64,000 bases of DNA from Octopus sinensis (Eukaryota), in contig NC_043002.1 in assembly GCF_006345805.1 (NCBI RefSeq), positions 42,718,001-42,782,000 of the forward strand, read 5' to 3'. This document shows positions 38,678 to 52,382 of this stretch, in pieces. The notes under the pieces were generated by a model that saw nothing but the letters and a program-made list of their open reading frames with translations, made no database searches and was not told the origin of the DNA. How positions within the stretch are numbered: the first letter of the stretch is position 1; each line of letters starts with the position of its first letter. Position numbers and translations under genes: made by a program.

Positions 38678-38760
38678 AGCTATATTTTATTGGCAGCAAT
38701 ATGGTATAGCTACATTTTATTGGTGGCAGTAAGGTCCAGCTACATTTTATTGGTGCCAGT
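38678..38760. repeat. 30-bp tandem repeat, about 2.8 copies
   Basis: agcta(t/c)attttattgg.. units at 38678, 38708 and 38738. Confidence 0.8.
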
Positions 38761-41489
38761 TTGATAAATGTATGTGTTTTAAGGGTAGAGTTTGTTATCT
38801 TGGGAATAGAAAGGAGCATGGTATTCTATTACATGTTAAATAGATTCAACTCAAACATTCAAACCAGCCAAAAAACAATGTTATCAATTCAAGAGTCATG
38901 AGTATATATCTCCTTCAAATGTTTTTGTTGAGGCTCTGGTGCAGGATATTTAAATGTCATGTGTCTCAGTTCGCAAACAGTTAAGTGCCAGGTTTTCTGA
39001 GAATGTTTCCTCTGATTGACCTGAGCATTTACTAAGAGATTAATTTCTATTCCACTTTGTAGGCACAGCCATAGTGTAGTTAAGAAGTTTGCTTTCCAAC
39101 TGTATGGTCTTGGAGACAGTCCTACTGTGTGGCACCTTAGGCAAGTGTCTTCTGCTATATCCTCAGGCCAGCCAAAGCCTTGTGAATGGATTTGGTTGTT
39201 GGAAACTGAAAGAAGCCCTTTCTATACGTGTGTGTGTCTGTGTGTTTTTGCACATGCACTTCTTGACATCATGTGATGGTTGAAATCATTGTCCTCTAGA
39301 AACACATGTCTGGTCAATATTACTATGCTTGTAAACTGGTATGGGTTAATGACAAGAATAGCATCTAGCCATAGAAAATCTGTCTCAATACTATCTGAGC
39401 CATACAAACTTGTAAAAGTAGAGATCAAAACTAATGATGACGATGATTAACATGACTGAACACTGAGTAAAGTCCAGCTCTATGAGCTACTACCTCTACT
39501 GAATGCTTTTGTCATTTAGTATATGCTACTTATAGGCATTTCTCTTTGTAATTTACTGTTCCATCAGCTGTGGTTACAAACTAACATTACATTAGATTTT
39601 TAAATACTTTTTTCTATTTATTTCATTCTAAACCTGACTGAAAATAATTGACATTCCATGTGAACTGTTGACCAGTGAATAATTCAATACTTTAAAAGAA
39701 ATATTTCTCATTTTCTATCCATTTTAATAATTTATCAAATTATTTCAAAGTATGGCTTTTGCTTATTTTTCACTTTTCTGTGTATTGTCTATTGAATTTA
39801 TATTCAAAGTGAAAAGTTAAAAATAAGCAAAATTATTAAAAAAATTTTTTTTATTTTTATAAAGAAAAACAAAACCCATTAAATCAAGGACCCTTGTGAA
39901 TTTATTCTTAAGAGTTTATTAGCTAGCAGTAGAAAAGACATCAAGGTGTAAAAACAGTCGCTTAACTCTTTGCCTATCCTGTGTAGTATATGTTATACAC
40001 AGGGCATATTTCCCTGGCTTCTGTGCATCATATATGATACACATTGCCAGTTTTCTCCAACAACTTGAGTAACTTGGGACTAATGAAATAAATGCTTTAT
40101 TATTCAGAATGTATGAAACAAGGACTTACTATAAATCTGTAAACAAGTATGGATGTTTAAGACCAACTTACGCAAAATTTTTTACCTAGGTAAAGGGTTA
40201 AGAAAACTAAAAATAAAAATAAAACTTTCTCTTAAATGGTTGTAAAAAAAATTTAAATAGTTGAGGAGATATTAATAAAACATTTTCTATTTTGTTTCTT
40301 CTGAGAAGAGGTAAAATATGCACTAGAAAAAGTACTAAGGTCCATCATCATCATGATTTCATATCTGCTTTCTGTTCTGGCATTGGTAGGACAGGTCTTA
40401 GTGGTTGAGCCATTTCTTATTTGGAATTACTGCTCTCCCAAAAGTGTTGGGAGCCATAGATATATAATTGCTCTTGAAAGTTGTGTCCAGGATGGCAATA
40501 GTCCACTGACTGAAGCCAATAAAAGTAGAGAAAAAGAAGAATGTATGAACATGAATATTTATTTGTATACTCTTTCTCTCTCTCTCTCTCACACACCCAC
40601 CACCATCACCACTATCACCACCATCATCATCATCATTTTGTGTCCACTTTCCGTGTTTTTATGAGTTAGGCAAGTCATTGCAGTCCTTCTTGATGAGTCA
40701 GGGGATTACATCTTGTGCATAAGTTTCATTTTTGGCTTTGTTGGATGCCCATCCTAACACCAAATACTTTACAGAGTTGACCGGTTGTTCTTTTTTTTTC
40801 TGTAGTGCCAGTATGAGGGAGATTGTCATGTTTTTGATCAGATCCCATACTTAACAGTTATAGTTGTGTGTAGCAACATTAAAGTATTTTGTTGTTTTCA
40901 AAATGTTAGGATTTGATTTAAAAAAGAAAATGTTAAATGAATCATCTCCCTGCATTAACTAAGTGGAACAAATAGTAGATTCATTGACATCAAACTTGCC
41001 GCTCATTGTAGTAAAGCTTCTGCCATCATGTACTTTCTAGATCATTTCTATCTGTTCTTGTTGAGAACACACTTATCTACGTCATTTGTTAGTATCAGGT
41101 GTCTATATTTTTCCTGTTCATTGTTCCCATGTTGATGAGTAGGAGTATGTAAATCTGTATGAAAAAAAAATGCAGCCTTGCAACATAGTCATGTAAACAC
41201 TACCAATGATCAATGCATTCTAGGTAGCTGAACATTGTGGGTGGCCACTTGGGCACATTTTTCTGGTACAAGCAGAATATTTGACTGATTACCAACCTGT
41301 GTTATCAGAAATCAATCCTAAATAAGCATAACTTGGTTCACGATTGACTGTACCATGATACCCCAGATCAATGATGAAGGAATCAGTAATGGATTTTTAC
41401 TAGAGTAATAAAAGCAAAATATCAACTCTATGATACAGGCTGTCATATTATGATCAAGTTGGGAAGTAATAGTAAGCTGACAGTCTAAG

Positions 41490-41920
41490 GTGGCAAGCTG
41501 GCAGAAACGTTAGCACGCCGGGTGAAATGCTTAGTGGTATTTCGTCTGCTGTTACGTTCTGAGTTCAAATTCTGCTGAGGTCGACTTTGCCTTTCATCCT
41601 TTCGAGGTCGATTAAATAAGTACCAGTTACACACTGGGGTTGATACAATTGACTTAATCCATTTGTCTGTCCTTGTTTGTCTCGTATGTGTAGCTCCTTG
41701 TGGGCAGTAAAGAAATAAGAAATGTTAGCATGCCGAACAAAATGCTTAGCGGCATTCTGTCCATCTTTATGTTCTTAGTTAAAATTCTGCCGAGGTCAAC
41801 TTTGGCTTTTAATCCTCTCGGGGTTGATAAAGTAAGTACCAGTTGAGCACTGGGGTCGATGTAATCAACCTACCCACACCTTCAAACTTGTTGACCTAGT
41901 GTCAAAATTTCAAACCAATA
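41490..41920 (+). mobile_element. Dimeric SINE, family B (further partial copies at about 22905-23110 -, 28265-28460 -, 29635-29780 -, 49420-49790 -, 53770-53935 +, 54510-54900 -, 54960-55160 +, 58690-58900 +)
   Basis: Same two-monomer structure and core as 37355-37785. Confidence 0.8.
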
Positions 41921-42173
41921 TGCTTAATATGTAATATGCTTAAAAAAAAAGTGTAATATGCTTAAAAATGAGATTTTTTTGAAAAGTAACATGCACCTGG
42001 TGCTTGTTACATTGTGTTTCTCTTTATTTCCTGCTGTCTTTGAATATTTGTATCTCCTTAATGCATTTTATCTTCTTGATATGTTTTATCGCATTCTGTT
42101 GCTATCAGGTTTGATTACATTTGATTTACTAAGTGATGCTGAACTTCATTTGTTTTTCCTTGACTTGTTTAAG

Positions 42174-42348
42174 CCATGTATATAACTACTGTACTAGTGT
42201 TCAGCAAAATACCAGCCAGGGACAGCAGCCCAGAACACTAACTGGCAAAAGAGTTAAGCAGCCAACTGGAGGTGCACAATTCGTTGGCTTGGAACTTTAC
42301 AAACGATTGAAAGAATATCTGAAAAGTTACTTAGTTAAATTGTTAAAG
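42174..42348 (+). CDS. CUL1: Cullin-1 coding exon 2 (175 nt)
   Basis: AC|C completes Thr, then [58 protein letters not shown]. Donor gtaagt at 42349; phase is consistent with the previous exon. Confidence 0.97.
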
Positions 42349-42845
42349 GTAAGTAGTCATCTAATATTCATTATTCGGATTCTAGAGAAAGATACTTCCA
42401 AACTTTTTAAGGCAGCAGATATTTAAATTAATGACAAAAATAGAAGATGAATATTTTTTTTGAGAAGTAAATCTTTACTAACAGACAAATGGGAATAAAA
42501 TGAAACTACAGTGTATTTTATATGTGCATGCATGCATGCATGCACACATACACACATATGAGAAAAATTCTTCCAAATAAGGTTATTTTGAGTTGAAAAA
42601 TTTTGTTTATTTATTAGAAAAAGTAATATACTCTTTTACTCTTTTACTTGTTTCAGTCATTTGACTGTGGCCATGCTGGAGCACCGCCTTTAGTTGAGCA
42701 AATTGACCCCAGGACTTATTCTTTGTAAGCCTAGTACTTATTCTATCGGTCACTTTTGCTGAACCGCTAAGTTACGGGTACGTAAACACACCAGCATCGG
42801 TTGTCAAGCGATGTTGGGGGGACAAACACAGACACACAAACCTAT

Positions 42846-42932
<87 letters not shown>

Positions 42933-42935
<3 letters not shown>

Positions 42936-43239
42936 TGTGATCACATGACCGACCAGGCTATCAGATGTTGCTACACATCGCTGGTCACAATGCGTTCGCA
43001 TTGTTTTAGCCTTCGAATGACGCCACCCCGCTGGCTAAGCGAGCAGGCCAACAGAAGAAAGAGTGAGAGAAAGTTGCAGCGAAAGAGTACAGCAGGGATC
43101 GCCACCCCCTGCCGGAGCCTTGTGGAGCTTTTTTAGGTGTTTTTCGCTCAATAAACACACACAACGCCCGGTCTGGGAATCGAAACCGCGATCTTACGAC
43201 CGCGAGTCCGCTGCCCTATTCACTGGGCCATTGCACCTC

Positions 43240-43240
<1 letters not shown>
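42933..43240 (-). mobile_element. tRNA-derived SINE, family C head with a different 3' tail
   Basis: Reverse complement of the GGAGGTGCAATGGCCCAGTG head. It shares about 190 bp with 9391 and 16756 and then diverges completely. Confidence 0.85.
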
Positions 43241-43281
<41 letters not shown>

Positions 43282-43285
43282 CCTC

Positions 43286-43334
<49 letters not shown>

Positions 43335-44360
43335 TATATATAGACAGGCTTCTTTCAGTTTCCGTCTGCTAATGTACCATATCCAGTGGTAATCACATGG
43401 GTATATTAGATGCACCTTGATCTCAGCAGTGCTTATTCATGTAAAAGACGTTTTCTGTGCATTAAAAGATGTGATATAGGTCCAACTTTGCATATATGTC
43501 CTGGGGTGATTTTTTTCCCTTTTTGAGATGGCTTTTTTCCCCCTTAAAGGCACATCTTATATACCATCAAATATGGTATTGCCTTGTCACATTTCATCCC
43601 ACTTCTCATTTTTGTTCAGTCTTCAACAAAACTACATGACTTTGTGGTATGTAACAGTATATAACTTAGCCACATTTTCATCCTTTTTGTTTTTAAATTA
43701 ATATTTATTTCTGGCATAGACACATTGTCATGAATTATAGGAGAGAATTTTGTTGAATAGATTTAGTTGGGTTCTTGGTTGGTATTTATTTTATCTCTCT
43801 ACTCTCCAAAGATGAAAGGAAAGTCAATCTAAAAAGAATTTCAACTCAGAGTGTAAAGGAACATACACTTTTTAATCTGCTTCATTGTCTAAAGTGGATG
43901 CTGGTGTATAATGGATGGTTGTGCAAATATTAGTTTAAGTAAGAGGTTTTCTACTGATGTTACAACATTAACCTTTTAGCATTCAGAATACTCTGTTAAA
44001 AATAATTTATATTTATTCACATTGTCTTGAATTAATCATGCATTATCTTGTATCTTCAAGAGTTTGATGATATGGTAATTTATTTTTTGAATGACATTGT
44101 AAAATAGGTGTGAGAGGCCAGCTTGAACATAAAGCATGTAGAAAATTTTGGCTGGGTATGGCTGGTTTAAACACTAAAGGGTTAAATATCCAGTTAGATT
44201 CAATATTTCATATATTATTATTCCCTTTTCATCTTATTCTCTTTCACTGCAAAAGCAAAAACAAAAAAAAACTTTCATATTTATTGAACCAGCAATGATT
44301 GTTTTTTTCTTAATTCTTGTTGTTTGTCATCTGAAATATTTCAATTGCTGTACTTTACAG

Positions 44361-44528
44361 GACAGCAAAGACTTGCTTGATGAAAATGTCTTAAAGTTCT
44401 ATACCAAACAATGGGAAGATTATCAATTCTCAAGTAAAGTTTTGAATGGTGTTTGTGCCTATCTAAATCGACATTGGGTTCGTCGAGAATGTGATGAAGG
44501 AACTAAAGGAATTTATGAAATTTATTCT
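44361..44528 (+). CDS. CUL1: Cullin-1 coding exon 3 (168 nt)
   Basis: tactttacag|[56 protein letters not shown]|gtaagt; strong CUL1 match, phase 0/0. Confidence 0.98.
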
Positions 44529-47528
44529 GTAAGTATTGCAAATGTTAGGCTTTCCATTTTATTTTTATTTTTCACAAACACTTTGTTGACAATAAATACC
44601 TCACTTTTAGTTACAATTTTGTATTATCACTCTACATTGACCATTTCACTTGGATCAGCTGTTTAACTGGGCTTTTTTGTTTTCTTTTGTAGCTAATCGG
44701 GTAGGGCACTGTGCATCACCCTTCTGAGATGGGTGGGAAGAAGAGAAGGGGTATTCTTAAATAGGAGATCTGGCTTGAATGCTTGCAGCAGAATGGACTT
44801 CTGCACTAAGGTATCCAATGTATCCCTTGGTACCCTTTGTAAAAACAAACAAAATTTCAAATGTTATGAAAAATTGCTAATATTAAAAAATATAAGGTAC
44901 TTAGGATAATCATTTTCAATTGAAAAGAAAACCATCAGGTGAAAGTTCTTAAAAGATTAAATAGTTTCATCCTCTTTGATTTACCATCCACTTTTTCTAG
45001 CTTGCATGGGTTGGATGGAGTTTATTGAGGCAGATTTTTCTACAGCCAGATGCCCTTCCTATTGCTAACCCTTACCTGTTTTCAAACAAAGTACTTGTCC
45101 ATGGCCAGACATTTTTTCACAGAATGTTGGGAATGAATGACACTGCAACACTGCTTATATATCAGTGACTCACATTTATAGCTATCACCTGTTGTTAAGA
45201 CACAAACATGCGTGTGCACATGTACACACAGATTTCTTTCAGTTTCTATCTACCAAATCCACTCACAAGGCTTTAATTAACCCAGGGCTATTGTAGAAGA
45301 CACCGGCCCAAGGTACCATGCAGAGGTACTGAACCCAAAACCATGTGGTTCAGAAGCAAACTTCTAACCACACAAACACATCTGCCCCTCTCTTTACAGA
45401 AATAAAATCGAAAGTAACAACAATAATGATGCACTTAGTATATTGGTTTGTTACTTAAAAGTGTTTTAATTATTATATCATTTAACAAACAATTCATGAG
45501 CAGTTTGTAATCCTGTTCTTTTGTATTGTTTCACTAATTAAATTCAATCTTTATTAAGTTTCCATGCTCTTGTAACTATGTAAAGTTATCAATTCCCAAA
45601 TTTATATTTATTGTTTCCATCAATTTCATCATCATTGTTTAACACCCTTTTTCCATGCTGGCATGGACTGTACAGTTTGACAGGAGCTGGCCAACTGGGG
45701 AGTGGTGCAGATTCCAATTGTATGTTTTGGCATGGTTTCTAAGATAGGGTACCCTTCCTAATGACAACTACTTTAGAGAGTGTGCTGGATGCTTTATTTT
45801 ATATGTCACTGGCATGGGTGCATTCTTGCAACACAGGCATGAGAAAGTATTTTACATGACAATGGCACGAGTGCATTTTATGTGGCACTGGCACCTGCAA
45901 AAGACATGTCTATATGTATGGATGACCACAGCTCTGATAAAATATGTGAAGTTGTTTGTTCCCAAATGCTGGTCGTGAACTCCAGTCTTATGATTTATCA
46001 ATGGTCATTGTGCAAATGTAAGATGATATTAGTAGTGTGTATCTGGCATTTTCTGTCTAATGCCATTAACTTGAGTTTATCCGCATACGATGTCATTTAT
46101 TCTGAACTTCATTTCTGACATAGTTTACAATTTCTTGAAACCATTTAATTGCACTACTTTCATTGTCTTAAAAGAAGACCTCAAAAATCCTTTCTGTCAC
46201 CATTCTGCACCAAAATGTTCCCTACATATACCAATTTTGTTACATTTTCTTTTAGGTGGAAGTGTGTTTCCTCATTCTTATTGCTTTTTCTTTTTGTGTT
46301 CTAAAAATTTCTAATATCTTACTGCAGTTTACTTAATATTAATTAAAGTAGCTTTGTATAACAATCAAAATCAGTTAGAGAATTCTGCTTCTGCTGCTGC
46401 AACTGTTAAATTTCATACCCTTGCAATTACCTAAATAAACAAATGAGTAAAAGAACAGAAGTTGATGTCTAAAGTTATCAGGTTTGTCCATTGGTGATCA
46501 ATGAAGACACTAGCTTCAATCATTCTTCACTGAACCAGAGGACATATCCATGCAGGGGACCAGAGAATCATGACTGTTCTTGCTTATACTACACCTTCCA
46601 TGCTTCCATGTGCTACAAGTTATGAAAGTGGAGTACTTCACTGTTGCAAATGTCTAATTCCCCAACTTCCATGAGCCTGAAACTATGGAAGTAGCAGTAT
46701 TTCATTGTTACAGATGTGTGAAATACCCTGACTACTGCAACATGACTATTTGATTCTTAGTTCAAGGTTTGTGTCATACACTCTTACTCACCAGACATTG
46801 ATACTAGACTGGTGCAAGGGTTTCTTTTTTTGTGAGCTTGTGGGTGCCAGTGTCTCATAAAAAGCACCCATGCCAGTCCCACATAAGAGCACCTGTGCTG
46901 ATAACACGTAAGAGTACCCATGCTGGTGCTGTGTAAAAGCATCCAGTAACTCTGTAAAGTGGTTGGTGTTAGGAAGGGCATCCATCTGGCTAGCTCCTTT
47001 CAAACTGTCCAATCCATGCCAGCATGATAAACAAATGTTGAATTATTATGATGATGATGATGATAAGAAAGAGCAGCATGCAAATCAGACACATTCTCTT
47101 GCCCAGCGGCAGGATAAAGATAGGACAACTGTACTTGTATGAGAATGTAGAAGATTGTCAAAGTGTCTCAAACCATCTTACTTGGTAAGCGTCCAGTCCA
47201 TAAAACATCATTCCAGATATTTGCTCTGCATCATGGCTTCTAGCCATACATGAAGGCATGTTGCCACCACTGGCCAGCTGCTACCAACTTCAAAGCTGTG
47301 GAGATGGTTACTTATTTCCTTCATGCTTCATTTGATTGAAATGTAAACATGCCACTAACCATTGCACAATATTGTATGGCCATTGACTTACCTGAGTTCA
47401 TTTGCCCTTTGACCAGTCTTGTTTTTCATTCTGCTGGATGCTCAAAAATCCTCCTCCTCAGCAAACGAATATGTGACTGGTACTAGATTATCAGTAATAC
47501 TCTCAAGTGACCTGAAATTATAATGAGG

Positions 47529-47561
<33 letters not shown>

Positions 47562-48539
47562 TAATAATAATAATAATAATAATAATTGAAAGTTTTATCA
47601 TGTACATTGTTTTGTCTTGGTATAAAAGATGGGCTACAGCAAATATTCTGCTCAATACCACAGATTTGTTTCTCAGTTGTTTGACCATAGCCAGTTGAGC
47701 ATGTCCGTTTGTGGCTGACAATATGTGCACCTTTGATCACGAGCAGGAGTAGTGGGGGAGCATCATAGTCATGTGTTGAGAGGAATTCTTTGGGGTTTGG
47801 ATAATTCACCTTTGGAAACATGGGTGTTTTGATCACCATCCTTAAATCATTGTGGTAAGAAGTGTGGCTGTGTGGTAAGACGCTCGCTTCCTAACAACAT
47901 GGTTCCAGGTTCCGTCTGACTGCATGACACTTTGGGCAAGTGTCTTCTACTATAGCCTTGGGCTGACCAAAGCCTTATGAGTTGATTTAGTAGATTTTTG
48001 ATGCAGCTTTGACTGATAGTACCCCTAGGAGGGTTTAGGACTAGATTGGGATTAGTCGCTGCCTTTTAGAGGCTCCCGAGCCCCCTTAGCTTAGGCTTAG
48101 GTTAAGGCTTAGTTGTGATCTGAACATAACCTCTTCTGACACAGAGGATCAGGAGCCCTTTTGGGTGTTATATTTTCCTTGCTGGAAGGGTTCCCAACCC
48201 ATGGGCCAAGGGAGTTAGATGATGAGGGGAGGGGGGGGGCTTTGAAAGGGCCAGCATGTGCAACCTGATCACTCCCAGCCCATGCATTCCCGTTGTGACA
48301 CTGATTCTGCAGAACTGGGTTGGGTATATGCACCCAACACTAGAGCTGGAGATACCTCCAAAAGGTGGGGCCCCGCCACGTCAAAACGGTAGAGGAGTAG
48401 GGGCCGAAACCGGATGTGGTTCCTCCTGATGATATCTTGAGCTAATTGGATCCTATAAAGGGGCTTTTGTGGTAGCAGACCACGAAAAACAGTCGAAATT
48501 CCTCCTAAATATAGATTTTTTTGAATCAGCAATGTTGTG

Positions 48540-48927
48540 TTCAGTTAAGTCCTTTTTGGGGTGAAAAATTAATAAACTGATTCCTTATAGGATTTCCCAC
48601 TAAAATTGGCTGCACCCCATTTTCAGCAATAACTTTTACCAATTTAGATGTATTTTGTTCAAACTTTATGCGGGCGTTGCTTAGGACTTATGGGATCTTT
48701 GAATGCTTTAAATTAATACAATCGATGAGTGGAAAAATCGATAAACTGATTCCTCATGGGATTTCCCAATCAAATTGTCTGCAACCCATTCTTAGCCAGA
48801 TGCTTACCAATTTCAATGGATTTCACTCAAATTTGATGTCAGTGTAACTTAGTTTGGTTTGAAACAAAGTGCTTGATTAGCTCAATAATCCTAACTTAAT
48901 CCTGGGCAACTCTGGGCTAAACTGCTA

Positions 48928-48930
<3 letters not shown>
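48540..48930 (-). mobile_element. Possible Helitron/Helentron-associated non-autonomous element end
   Basis: On the minus strand, (TA)n-ACTAGCAGTTTAGCCCAGAGTTGCCCAGG resembles the ACTAGC..CCCG..GTT.CCCG left end typical of such elements. Confidence 0.4.
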
Positions 48931-48959
<29 letters not shown>

Positions 48960-50574
48960 TTGCAGCTAATCTTGGTTTCACCCAATTGGTTTGGATGATG
49001 TGGCTGTAAAACTTGCTCTGTGTAAGCATTCGACTTGTTTGGGCATGCTTATATTAAAAAACAATTTTTGGAATGACTTTTTTCTGTCAAAATGCAAAAA
49101 ATAACTGACCAACAAAAAAAAGAAAACAACAAGATTCAACCAAATCAAAAAGTAAACCCAAATACTAAGTGAACAAAGATGAACCATCCCATTATTTTTT
49201 CAGCGTACAATTTTCATCATCCCACTACCAATTATGACGTCACTCCTTCCTTCCATATTCATCTTTCACCCCTTCCGTTCTCATTCATAAACACGAGTAT
49301 TATTATAGTTGATTATCTCATGGTGGGTATACTGGTCTTATATTTTACCTCAGTGTCACTTAGATGGCATACACGACTCTCTCACTCAATAATAATAATA
49401 ATAATAACAACAACAATAATAGTTTCGAATTTTGGCTCAAAGCCAGCAATTTTAGGGGAAGTAGTTAGTTGATAATATTGATCGCTGTGTTCAACTGGAA
49501 CTAATTTCTTTGACTCAGGAAGGATGAAACCAGTCAGCCTTGATGGAATTTGAACTTTGAATATAAAGTGGCTGAAGGAATGTTGCTAAGCATTTTGTCT
49601 GACTTGCCAATGATTCTGTCAGTTTGCTACCTGAATGGTTTCAAATTTTGGCCCAAGGCCAGAATTTTAAAGAGAGGACATTAGTCAATTACATCAACCC
49701 CAGTGATCAGCAGGTACTTATTGTGTCAACTTTGGCAGAATTTGAACTCAATGTGAATCACAAGAAATATTGCAGAGTATTTTTGTCAACATTTTAACAA
49801 CTATGCTATCTCACCACTCAAATAATAATATTATAAAAACTGGCAAAGGTTTGATATATTCAATGATTACTATCGTAGTAACAGCAGTTATGCATCATTG
49901 CTCGCTCTTACTCATACTTGAGTCACAAGCAGTAACTGTAGTATTAATAGCACAGTCTCCTTGAAATATGCTAGGATGGTTCTGTTGCAATACTTTGATA
50001 GAATAATTCGTAAAAAATTACTATCATGTCAATTATTAAACTACTGATTAATAATTTGTTATTGAATATTTTTGATTGGAAGTATTTTTTTACAGATCTG
50101 TAACAGTTCGTTCTAACTACTATTGACATCAGTAAAACTTTTGACTCCATTCCCTGCTATCCATTCATTTGAAAAAATATTCCCCTCGCCTTAAACATGA
50201 AATGTTGATGAGCAATCTTCCTCTCAAGCTACCAAGCCTTTGTAGTGTTTGATGGGAGTAGTCACTTGTTGTCTGAGAAAGACTGGTTTTGATATTCCTT
50301 GTTGAACAACCTGCACAAATGATTTGTTTACTATGATCAAATCTTTGTGCTGTACATGAGCTCACTCCTTCCATCAAATCAATGTTGCCTGAACAAGTGC
50401 ATGATGTACTACATGTCAGCTGTCCATGTGATGGCAGAGCAACATGAAATGAAGTGTTTTGCTCACGAACACAACACACCACCTAGTCTAGGAATTGAAT
50501 CCGGTGTCTCATTCTAATCATTAGGCACTGCGCCATCATTGTGGTGTATAAGAACACTTAAAGAACCTGCAATT

Positions 50575-51480
50575 TTCTGAAAAGTATACTACAGGGATCT
50601 GTCATTTTATTTTTAAAAAATTTATACCTACATGACCTTCCCACACTTACATACATTACAGACAGCCTCATATGCAAGTGATGTTACATTCACATCCTTC
50701 AACTGTTCTTCAGACACTTCTGTCCAATTACTCTGACACTTGACCACCTAGCAATCTGACTCAACAACAAACAGACTTAAAATAGTTCCTATCAAGTTTA
50801 CTGTCTTTCTCCTTACTACCAGTATCATAGAATTCATCAAATATCACTAACTCTTATACTCAACAACATAAACATATTACATACAAAGAGAAGATAAAAA
50901 ATAGCAGGAATTACATACAACTCATCCATGGCATTCACAATACACATTAAAGGCATAGTAAAGAAGCAGAATGACACCAAATTATTTAGAAAAGCTATAA
51001 AGACACAACAGCATAAACATCTTTAGAGCAGTCAGATGTCACATTTGGTATCAATATCAATGACATACAAGCAATATATTACGTCCATAATGAACTATAC
51101 TAGTCCTACTTCTGTTCCCAATGTCTCCACCACAAATTATTATAAATTACAAAAAACACAGAGTAATTCACCACACCCATTGATTACATGTGCAACAAAG
51201 CTGAAGTGCTAAAAATGAAACCACCTGTGGCACAGCTTGTTCTTGCACTCTGTCACTACATTATAATAAAAAAAAAATATGGAGACACATATGCAACTCT
51301 CCAGATCACTACTACTACATCATTCTAAAAACATTATCTCTCTCACATGATGTGGATATGCATAAGGAACACATATAGAAATAGGTGCTACATGGCAAAC
51401 TCTGTGCTAGGATTATGCCACTAACAATAAATGCTGAGGAACAACAAACGTCATGCTCTCAGCAAATTCAGCCACACTAG
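50575..51480 (+). mobile_element. Degenerate I/Jockey-group LINE RT fragment
   Basis: SILQGSVI..LYLHDLP..TASYASDVTFTS (the GVPQGSV and YADD motifs), LDHLAI.LNNNRLKI, KIAGITYNSSMAF..HIK, YKQY..SIMNYTSP; many lesions. Not in the ORF track. Confidence 0.7.
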
Positions 51481-52382
51481 AATCTGTAGGCATACATTAA
51501 TAGACTGGACAGAAAGCATGCAATATATGTAGGTTATCAAACTGGACTGCATATGATTTGTGGCTTGTTGAATTGTGAAGTAAGGTCTTTGACTAGATGG
51601 AGACATAATATAACTTGGAAGATGAGGCCTCTTCGTTTTTCCCCCTACCTGCAATACCACAAGATTGCTGGATCAGTGCTAACCTGGGTCTACACAATAA
51701 CAACATCCTAAAAAACATAAAGGCCATTTCATTGACTGGAGAAAACTCATTGAGCATCATGTTCAAACCATTGACTTACAAGCAAGCAGTTTCTGTACAT
51801 TGATCCTCCACTCCATAGGAGTGGTTACCTTCTTCTCTATACGTCCACCTTTTGTCTTGTTATTCTAAAGTTCCTCGTATGTTTACACTAGGCACTTTGA
51901 TTCTTCGTCTCCAAAATGACCTAAAATTTGCTCTACCTATGTTGGTATTTTTTAGTCCTGATTGAATTTACTCATGAGCAAAGGTTTCTAGGCTTCTACA
52001 TCAGGGACTACAATATTCAATGTGCACTTTAGATTTGGCAGGTTGAGCAACTGTGTTGAGGTTCTTTTGTTTTCTGCATATGCATTCCCTACAGAAAGTA
52101 GTCTGTGTAGAAGTTCAAACTGAATATCATTTGTGTCTTTCTAAAATTCATAAATACTTGCCTAACTGCTTTGATTAAATTTTGTAAAATACAAATACAG
52201 AATATAAAAAATAATTTTTTAAAAATATTAAACTGTATGAATGAATTTTATTTTCTTGTTTTTCCTTTTCATTTCAGTTGTTTTGTTTTTTTCTGTGATT
52301 TCTCAATACTTCCTATGTGGTCTGTGTATTTGTGTACCTTCCTAGATATTAACACAATCCCTTTGTTTATTTTATATTTCAG

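Larger units (their letters stand above)
38476..42173 (+). other. CUL1: U12-type (minor spliceosome) GT-AG intron of CUL1
   Basis: 5' splice site GTATCCTTT is an exact U12 consensus. Branch point TTCCTTGAC at 42156-42164 has its A 10 nt from the 3' end, with no polypyrimidine tract between it and the AG at 42172-42173. Confidence 0.93.

Noticed and set aside
48040-48500. Hammerhead ribozyme or promoter in a GC-richer patch containing CTGATGA, CGAAAC, a G-run and TTAGGC-like repeats
   Set aside because: I could not form stem II between CTGATGA and any GAAA. There is no CpG-island character or identifiable element, so it is left unassigned.
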